From a bacterium (GTDB lineage Bacteria; Zhuqueibacterota; Zhuqueibacteria; Oceanimicrobiales; Oceanimicrobiaceae), in the NCBI GenBank assembly GCA_037446635.1, contig JBBIIG010000007.1, positions 1 to 14,380 on the forward strand: DNA of 14,380 nucleotides, in the 5' to 3' direction. The translations under genes and the position numbers were made by a program. Positions 7,008 to 13,045 of this stretch are shown here, one piece after another. The notes under the pieces are model-generated. The model saw nothing but the letters and a program-made list of their open reading frames with translations. It searched no databases and was not told the DNA's origin. Within the stretch, counting starts at the first letter, position 1. Each line of letters begins with the position of its first letter.

Positions 7008-8435
7008 ATGAATTCATCAAATAAATCTCGTGAGGCCATTCTGGCGACCGCCAATGGGGTACGTTGGGAGTTGGGCGAAGAATTGCACGATTCGCTCATC
7101 GAATCCATTTACCGCGATGCCGCCAACATTGCCGGCAAAGTGGTGACTAAAGTTGGCGAGAAACCGCGCTTCGATTGGGATCGCACCCTCGACCGGCTGC
7201 TCACCAGCCGCTGGACTGGGCTGCCGATTATGCTGCTGTTGCTGACACTAGTGTTTTGGATCACTATCGCCGGTGCCAACGTGCCCTCCAGCATGTTGGC
7301 GGCGCTGCTGTTGGATACTATTCATCCCGCTCTCAAAAATTTTGGGGCGGCGATTGCGATGCCGTGGTGGCTGAGCGGCTTCCTGTTCGATGGCGTCTAT
7401 CTCGCCATGGCGTGGGTGGTGAGCGTGATGCTGCCGCCGATGGCGATCTTTTTCCCGTTGTTCACTCTGTTGGAAGATTTCGGTTACCTGCCGCGGGTGG
7501 CGTTCAATCTCGATCATCTGTTTCGCAAAGCCGGCGCCCACGGCAAACAAGCGCTGACAATGGTGATGGGCTACGGCTGCAACGCCGCCGGCGTAGTGGC
7601 GGCGCGCGTCATCGATAGCCCGCGCGAACGGCTCATCGCCATCATCACCAACAATTTTTCGCTGTGCAATGGCCGCTGGCCAACGCAGATTCTCATTGCC
7701 ACGCTGTTCATCGGCTCGCTGGCGCCGGCGGGATTGGCGGGTTTACTTTCCGCTGGCGCTGTGGTTGCGGTAGCGCTGTTTGGCGTTTTTCTCATGTTTG
7801 CGACATCTTGGTTTTTGTCGCGCACGTTGTTGAAAGGCGAAGCCAGTTCCTTCAGCCTCGAGCTGCCGCCGTATCGTCCACCGCGCATTTTGCGAACGCT
7901 GTACACTTCGGTGATCGATCGCACGCTGATTGTGTTGTGGCGCGCGGTGATGTGGGCAGCGCCGGCCGGCGCGGTGATCTGGCTGCTCTCGAACATCAAA
8001 ATTGCCGACGTGAGTCTGGCTGAGCATATCATCAACTTTTTCAATCCATTTGGTTTGTTTATCGGACTAAATGGTGTGATTTTGCTGGCGTACATCATTG
8101 CCATTCCGGCGAACGAAATCGTGATCCCAACCGTGTTAATGCTGACAGTGCTGAGCGCGAAGCTCGCTGGTTTTGGCGCCGGCGCCGGTGTGATGTTCGA
8201 GCTGGATGATTTGGAATCGTATTTGAAAGTATTTGAGGCCGGCGGCTGGACTTTGCTCACCGCCGTGAATTTGATGCTCTTTAGTCTCGTGCACAATCCC
8301 TGCTCTACCACCATTTACACCATTTACAAAGAAACCGGCAGCGCCAAATGGACCGCGGTCTCCGCGTTCCTGCCAATTGTGATGGGACTGGCGCTGTGCT
8401 TTCTGGTGGCGCAGGTGTGGCGGGTGGTGATGTGA
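7008..8435 (+). CDS. feoB: FeoB C-terminal membrane (Gate/nucleoside-recognition) domain as a stand-alone gene, 475 aa
   Basis: [72 protein letters not shown]; many TM helices; own SD GGAG at 6995-6998. Confidence 0.92.
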   Translation: MNSSNKSREAILATANGVRWELGEELHDSLIESIYRDAANIAGKVVTKVGEKPRFDWDRTLDRLLTSRWTGLPIMLLLLTLVFWITIAGANVPSSMLAALLLDTIHPALKNFGAAIAMPWWLSGFLFDGVYLAMAWVVSVMLPPMAIFFPLFTLLEDFGYLPRVAFNLDHLFRKAGAHGKQALTMVMGYGCNAAGVVAARVIDSPRERLIAIITNNFSLCNGRWPTQILIATLFIGSLAPAGLAGLLSAGAVVAVALFGVFLMFATSWFLSRTLLKGEASSFSLELPPYRPPRILRTLYTSVIDRTLIVLWRAVMWAAPAGAVIWLLSNIKIADVSLAEHIINFFNPFGLFIGLNGVILLAYIIAIPANEIVIPTVLMLTVLSAKLAGFGAGAGVMFELDDLESYLKVFEAGGWTLLTAVNLMLFSLVHNPCSTTIYTIYKETGSAKWTAVSAFLPIVMGLALCFLVAQVWRVVM

Positions 8436-8474
8436 AACGTGAGACGTGAAACGTCGAACGTGAGAAGTGATAAG
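8433..8474. repeat. Degenerate 7-mer tandem array (TGARACG-like x6) starting at the FeoB-C stop codon
   Basis: TGAAACG TGAGACG TGAAACG TCGAACG TGAGAAG TGATAAG. Confidence 0.85.
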
Positions 8475-8480
8475 TAACAT

Positions 8481-8510
8481 CTCGTTCCCACGCTCCTGCG
8501 TGGGAACGAG
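8481..8510. repeat. REP palindrome, copy 2
   Basis: CTCGTTCCCACGC-TCCT-GCGTGGGAACGAG: perfect 13-bp stem with a 4-nt loop. Confidence 0.92.
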
Positions 8511-8556
8511 GGATTTTTTCCATAAGACTGTTATTAACTGGTCGCGAATTCAGTCA

Positions 8557-8856
8557 ATGAGTGAAATTGTTGGACAAATTCTCGGACTAGCTTGGTTCAT
8601 TGCTTTGTTTGTGGCTCAACTCAATTTTGTCAAAATACAGAACCGTATTCAGCCTCCTGCAATGTTCGTCGGTCCAATCAGAGGATGGAGAGAGCAGCGA
8701 AAAGTAATGAGGGAGTATAAGCAAGGATTGATTAAGGATCAGGAGCTAAGAAAAATTATTAAAAGGTATGTCATCTTCATGCAGGTTTCATACGTGGCAT
8801 TAATCTTATTTCTCATTAGTGTTGCGGTAAACTCTTTCAAAGGGCACTCACTGTAA
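8557..8856 (+). CDS. Hypothetical small basic membrane protein with two TM helices, 99 aa, AT-rich
   Basis: Hydrophobic IVGQILGLAWFIALFVA and VIFMQVSYVALILFLISVAV flank a K/R-rich loop. Co-oriented and fills the gap; about 40% GC by hand count of 8581-8820; no clear SD. Confidence 0.6.
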   Translation: MSEIVGQILGLAWFIALFVAQLNFVKIQNRIQPPAMFVGPIRGWREQRKVMREYKQGLIKDQELRKIIKRYVIFMQVSYVALILFLISVAVNSFKGHSL

Positions 8857-8903
8857 AAACCCATGAAAAATTGGTGATGCATCCATTGTAGTGGAGAATC
8901 AAT

Positions 8904-10130
8904 ATGCGCTTAAATGCAGTTTTGCTGTTTTCTTATAATCTATTAACACTAGCTTTGTTCAGTTGCAGCGATCTCCTCACCGAAGCACCCGATTCCAACA
9001 CTGTCTTCGACGGCCCCATCGAAGGGCTGACCTCGGCGCAGCTCAAAGCGTTCTTTGCCGGCGACGAGGCATTCAGCGAAGTGTTCAACGTGCAAACCGG
9101 GCTCGGGCCGATTTTCAACAACACAGCGTGCGTCAATTGTCACCCCGCCGATGGCCGGGCGCATCCTTCCACCAATCTCATTCGTTTTGGCCGCGACAAT
9201 GGCGGCGTCTTCGATTACATGCTCGAAGCCGGCGGCCCGCAATTGCAGAACCGCTCGATCCCCGGCTATCCCGCGGAAACGCTGCCAGCGGGCGTCACCG
9301 GCGTTTCCGTGCGCGGCGGCCCGATTGTTACCGGCCTCGGCTTGATTGAAGCGATCCCCGATGCGACTATTTTAGAAAAAGAAGATCCGAACGACGCCGA
9401 TGGCGATGGCATCTCCGGGCGCGCTAATTTTGTGGAAGCGCCGCATTACTTGCAAATCGGCCCCGAGAAAATCGCGCGCGGCGGAAAATATCTCGGCCGC
9501 TTCGGGCGCAAGGCCACAGCCATCAACCTCTTTCAGCAAACGGTAACGGCTTACAAAAACGATATTGGCATCACCACGGAGTTTGATCCCGAAGAAATTT
9601 TCAATCCGCTGGTGGGTGGACGAGTGGGCGATAATGTGCCGGATCCGGAATTAGGCACGGAGACTGTCTACTACGTGGTTTTCTATCTGCAAACTCTGCG
9701 GCCGCCGGCGCGGCGCAATGAAAACGATCCGCTCGTGATTCAGGGCGAAGAAATTTTTGGGCGAATCGGCTGCACCAGTTGCCACATTCCGGAGATGCGA
9801 AGTGGATTCAGCCCGATTGAGGCGCTGAATGACAAACCGGTGCGGCTCTACTCCGATCTGCTTTTGCACGATATGGGGCCGGCGCTGGCGGACAACTTTC
9901 CTGAGGGCGAAGCCACGGGCACGGAGTGGCGCACGATGCCGCTGTGGGGACTCGGCATCGTCGAAAATGTGCTGGGCGGCACACCATTTTATTTGCACGA
10001 TGGCCGCACTTCTGATTTGGTGGAAGTCATCGATTTGCATTTAGGAGAGGCGGAGGCGTCGCGCAACCGTTTTTTCGCGCTGCCGCAGGATGAGAAGGAT
10101 GCGCTCATCGCGTTTTTGAAATCACTGTAA
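8904..10130 (+). CDS. Di-haem oxidoreductase family (DHOR/DUF1111-type) c-type cytochrome lipoprotein, 408 aa
   Basis: Lipobox LALFS-C21; GLGPIFNNTACVNCH, GLGLIEAIPD, DPNDADGDGISGR, GRFGRKA, GCTSCH, YSDLLLHDMG, EWRTMPLWG, YLHDGR, LIAFLKSL; two CxxCH motifs; SD GGAG. Confidence 0.9.
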   Translation: MRLNAVLLFSYNLLTLALFSCSDLLTEAPDSNTVFDGPIEGLTSAQLKAFFAGDEAFSEVFNVQTGLGPIFNNTACVNCHPADGRAHPSTNLIRFGRDNGGVFDYMLEAGGPQLQNRSIPGYPAETLPAGVTGVSVRGGPIVTGLGLIEAIPDATILEKEDPNDADGDGISGRANFVEAPHYLQIGPEKIARGGKYLGRFGRKATAINLFQQTVTAYKNDIGITTEFDPEEIFNPLVGGRVGDNVPDPELGTETVYYVVFYLQTLRPPARRNENDPLVIQGEEIFGRIGCTSCHIPEMRSGFSPIEALNDKPVRLYSDLLLHDMGPALADNFPEGEATGTEWRTMPLWGLGIVENVLGGTPFYLHDGRTSDLVEVIDLHLGEAEASRNRFFALPQDEKDALIAFLKSL

Positions 10131-10138
10131 TCCTTCTC

Positions 10139-10232
10139 CTCTCGTTCCCACGCTCCGGCCTGAGGACGAGAACGTTCGCGGGACGCAGCGCGGTCTCCTG
10201 TGCGCTCCCACGCGGGAGCGTGGGAGCGAGAG
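10139..10232. repeat. Inverted REP doublet (REPIN/BIME-like element)
   Basis: A copy at 10141-10170 and an inverted copy at 10201-10230. The outer arms CTCTCGTTCCCACGCTCC / GGAGCGTGGGAGCGAGAG pair over 18 bp with one G-U. Confidence 0.85.
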
Positions 10233-10258
10233 AGAACCTTCATGAAGGAATTGGATGG

Positions 10259-10687
10259 ATGAGCACCCGACGGGATTTTCTAAAAATAATCTGCAGAGCG
10301 CTTGCGGCTGTCTCCGGACCGCCGCTGCTTTCGAGTTGTGCCGCCGGGAAAGGAAGTTATCGCGCACAAATCATAGATGACAAAATTATTATCCCCAAAA
10401 AAGATGCGCTGGCATTGGCCAAACCCAATGGCGTGATGTTTACCAGCGCCCCGGCCGTTGGCCGCTTGTTGCTGAAAAATATCGACGGCGAAGAAATTGT
10501 AGCGCTGGCGTTGACCTGTACCCACCGCGGCTGCGAGGTGCAGGTGCTGCCGGATGGATTCGAATGTCCGTGTCACGGCTCGGAATATGATGAAATGGGC
10601 AACGTCGTCGAAGGACCGGCGAGACTGCCGCTAAAGCGGTTCACGGTTGAAGAGACAATGGACGCGTTTATCGTAAATGCAAATTGA
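10259..10687 (+). CDS. Rieske [2Fe-2S] protein with twin-arginine signal and lipobox, 142 aa
   Basis: MSTRRDFLK Tat motif, LLSS-C27 lipobox, Rieske boxes CTHRGC and CPCHGSEY, and GPARLPL. Confidence 0.9.
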   Translation: MSTRRDFLKIICRALAAVSGPPLLSSCAAGKGSYRAQIIDDKIIIPKKDALALAKPNGVMFTSAPAVGRLLLKNIDGEEIVALALTCTHRGCEVQVLPDGFECPCHGSEYDEMGNVVEGPARLPLKRFTVEETMDAFIVNAN

Positions 10688-10731
10688 AAATTGCAAATTT
10701 CAAATTTGAACTTTGCGATTTGCATTTTTCG
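10675..10731. repeat. 7-mer array plus inverted partner forming a hairpin over the Rieske stop codon
   Basis: AAATGCA AATTGAA AATTGCA AATTTCA then TTTGAAC TTTGCGA TTTGCAT TTTTCGT; AAATGCAAAT (10675-10684) pairs perfectly with ATTTGCATTT (10718-10727). Confidence 0.75.
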
Positions 10732-10749
10732 TTTAGCTGGAGTCTTCCA

Positions 10750-11952
10750 ATGAAAAGATGTTTGATCATACTTTTGATTTTATTCCTCCCAATCACATTC
10801 GCATTTCCACAAACCGAATATCCCGATTCTCTGCAAAAATCTCCCAATGTGATTGGCGGCATCTATGACCGCCCCTATATTTTTCGCATTGGCGGGCAAA
10901 TCGCCGTTGGCGGCTACGCGGAGATGAATTCCAATTTCGTCCGCGAAGACGGCGTCGAGGAGGGGCTGTCGTTCGAGGCGCGGCGGTTCAATGTTTTCAT
11001 CTATTCGTCGATTTCCGATCGCGTAAAGTTAACCTCCGAACTGGAGTTCGAGCACGGCACCGAGGAGATCGCGCTGGAGACCGCCATTGTCGATGTGCAA
11101 TTTCACACTGCGCTGAATTTGCGCGCCGGCGTGCTGCTCTCACCACTGGGTAAATTCAACATTGCCCACGATAGTCCCCGTTACGATATCATCGACCGGC
11201 CGCTGGTTTCCACGCAAATCATCCCGGCCACGCTTTCGGAAGTGGGCGTGGGATTTTTTGGCGCGCTGTTTCCGACGGTTTATGACCGCATCACCTACGA
11301 AATCTATTTGGTAAATGGTCTCGGCGATGGCGTGGTTGGTGGTTCTGGCGATGGCACCCGCATTCCGCTGGGCAAATCCGAGTCTGCGTTTGAGGAGGAC
11401 AACAACGGGTCGCCGGCGCTTACCGGACGATTGTCCGTGAACCCGCGTTTCGGCGGCGAGCTTGGCCTTTCGTTTCACACTGGATTTTATAATAGTTACA
11501 AATTCGAGGGCGAGCAAATCGATGACAAACGCCGGCTCACCATTCTCGCGCTGGATGGCGAATATCGCTGGCGGCGGCTGAAATTCCGCGGCGAGGCGGC
11601 GTTCGCCAAAATCGACGTGCCGGCAAGTTTGAGCGAGATGTTTGCCGATCAGCAAAAAGGCTTTTATGCCGAAGCGGGATACACTCTGTTGCGTCGGCCG
11701 CTGTTCAATTTTTCGGACGCCAGTTTAATTCTGGCCGCCCGCTATGATTACATTGATTTGAACGATGGCCAATTTTCTGCCACCGGGCAAAACATCGGCG
11801 ATGCGTTGCGGCGGCTGACCGTCGGCCTCTCATTTCGCCCCACCGTTGAAACTTCGATGCGACTGAGCTACGCCCGCAATTGGCAGCGCGACGTGTTCAA
11901 TAATCTTGCTCACGGCATGAACATTCAGTTTGGGGTGGCAACCTATTTTTAG
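10750..11952 (+). CDS. Outer-membrane beta-barrel, porin-like (OprO/P-like superfamily), 400 aa
   Basis: Sec signal MKRCLIILLILFLPITFA; alternating beta-strand patterns (GGYAE, RRFNVFI, SELEFEHG, GFYAEAGY, LAARYDYIDL); C-terminal beta-signal IQFGVATYF; SD GGAG at 10739-10742. Confidence 0.8.
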   Translation: MKRCLIILLILFLPITFAFPQTEYPDSLQKSPNVIGGIYDRPYIFRIGGQIAVGGYAEMNSNFVREDGVEEGLSFEARRFNVFIYSSISDRVKLTSELEFEHGTEEIALETAIVDVQFHTALNLRAGVLLSPLGKFNIAHDSPRYDIIDRPLVSTQIIPATLSEVGVGFFGALFPTVYDRITYEIYLVNGLGDGVVGGSGDGTRIPLGKSESAFEEDNNGSPALTGRLSVNPRFGGELGLSFHTGFYNSYKFEGEQIDDKRRLTILALDGEYRWRRLKFRGEAAFAKIDVPASLSEMFADQQKGFYAEAGYTLLRRPLFNFSDASLILAARYDYIDLNDGQFSATGQNIGDALRRLTVGLSFRPTVETSMRLSYARNWQRDVFNNLAHGMNIQFGVATYF

Positions 11953-11961
11953 AAAGCTTTG

Positions 11962-11996
11962 TCTTTACTAAACCTCACAGGTTTAGTAAAGATTTT
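11962..11996 (+). terminator. Probable intrinsic terminator ending the metal-uptake operon
   Basis: Perfect 14-bp stem TCTTTACTAAACCT-CAC-AGGTTTAGTAAAGA followed by TTTT, 9 nt after the porin stop. Confidence 0.65.
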
Positions 11997-12021
11997 ATAA
12001 ATAAAAAATAGGTCAAAGTAC

Positions 12022-12050
12022 TTGACAATGGCGGCGCGTTTTATTATAAT
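12022..12050 (+). promoter_or_regulatory. Perfect-consensus sigma70 promoter
   Basis: TTGACA (12022-12027), 17 bp, TATAAT (12045-12050); SD GGGAGG upstream of ATG 12099. Confidence 0.85.
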
Positions 12051-12098
12051 TGGCCGTTCCAAATCTCTGCAATTTAATTCATTTAAGGGAGGGTTATC

Positions 12099-12899
12099 AT
12101 GAAACAGGTTTTCGTTGTTGTGTTAGGTCTTTGCGTGGGCTTGCTGTTTTCCTGTGGAAAACAGGCTACTGTGGATGACGTTGTCCAAATGATCACGCAG
12201 GCCTCGGGCGGTGCGGAGAAGCTGCAATCCATCAACGATCAAGTCTCGACATGGGACTTTACCATGCACATGATGCCGCCCATGCCGGAGTCGGCCATGG
12301 CTGAGGGCGGAGAGGAAATGGGCGAAATGACCGGCCACCCCATGCCGATGACCATCACCTACAAACGCCCCAACAAAATCCGTTTTGATACCATGGGGCC
12401 GGATGGATCCGTCGTTTGGTCTTCCTGCTACGATGGCGCGAAAGGCTGGGAGATGGCAATGGGGCACCAAAAAGAATTCTCCGAGGCGCAACTGCAGGAA
12501 ACCGAAACCATGGCCGCCGCCTGGATGGATGGTTTCCTAAATTATCAGGAAAAGGGCTTGACTCTGGCGCTGCTGCCCAACGAGATCGTTGATGGCAAAA
12601 AGTACATGGTTCTTCAATCAACAGATAAGCATGGCAACGTTCAGAAATACTACATTGATGAGACCACCCATCTTATCGAACGGCAAGCCGGTGAAATGGT
12701 CAGCATGGAAGGAAACAAAGAACCCATGTACATGACCTTCAAAGACTACAAAATGGTGGATGGCGTCATTATGTCGAATCATGTTGCCCTATACATGGAC
12801 AACGGCGAAATGATCTGGGAGGCGACGTTAAAAGACGTGAAACACAACACCGGTGTTGACGATGCGGTTTTTGCGATGCAGTCTATGACCGCAAAATAA
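12099..12899 (+). CDS. Met-rich lipoprotein, probably LolA-like (outer-membrane lipoprotein-sorting-type) fold, 266 aa
   Basis: Lipobox LLFS-C19; ASGGAEKLQSI, YKRPNKIR, YDGAKGW, YYIDETTHLI, FKDYKMVDGV and NTGVDDAVF match the pattern of LolA-like proteins; 27 Met. Confidence 0.75.
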   Translation: MKQVFVVVLGLCVGLLFSCGKQATVDDVVQMITQASGGAEKLQSINDQVSTWDFTMHMMPPMPESAMAEGGEEMGEMTGHPMPMTITYKRPNKIRFDTMGPDGSVVWSSCYDGAKGWEMAMGHQKEFSEAQLQETETMAAAWMDGFLNYQEKGLTLALLPNEIVDGKKYMVLQSTDKHGNVQKYYIDETTHLIERQAGEMVSMEGNKEPMYMTFKDYKMVDGVIMSNHVALYMDNGEMIWEATLKDVKHNTGVDDAVFAMQSMTAK

Positions 12900-12929
12900 G
12901 TATTCAAACATCTTCCGATTGTTTTTTCA

Positions 12930-12965
12930 AAGGCGATAGGCCCTGGCTTATCGCCTTATTTTTTT
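12930..12965 (+). terminator. Rho-independent terminator
   Basis: AAGGCGATAGGC-CCTG-GCTTATCGCCTT (12-bp stem, one G-U) followed by ATTTTTTT. Confidence 0.85.
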
Positions 12966-12989
12966 AACTGGTGGAATTACAAAATCTCC

Positions 12990-13018
12990 TTGACATTTCC
13001 ACACATGACTTTTATTTT
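12990..13018 (+). promoter_or_regulatory. sigma70-type promoter for the FHA-SLT gene
   Basis: TTGACA (12990-12995), 17 bp, TATTTT (13013-13018). Confidence 0.7.
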
Positions 13019-13045
13019 CAATTTGAATGGAAATCGATACTTCGG

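Noticed and set aside
6907..7010. Stop read-through or selenocysteine joining the FeoB halves
   Set aside because: The halves are in different frames and the second has its own SD and ATG.
4229..8523. Long - strand ORFs (4229-4657, 4841-5395, 4981-5643, 6454-6993, 7571-8314)
   Set aside because: Antisense to the motif-rich mntR/feo genes. The shared SHAGAWER peptide in some is simply the translated REP.
6868..10232. Repeats read as a CRISPR array or integron attC sites
   Set aside because: No regular repeat-spacer periodicity, no cas or integrase gene, and no RYYYAAC...GTTRRRY ends; they fit REPs and short tandem repeats.
10259..10687. Rieske as part of a bc1/b6f operon
   Set aside because: No cytochrome b gene is adjacent in the window.
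10750..11952. Cyc2-type cytochrome-porin iron oxidase
   Set aside because: The porin has no CxxCH motif.
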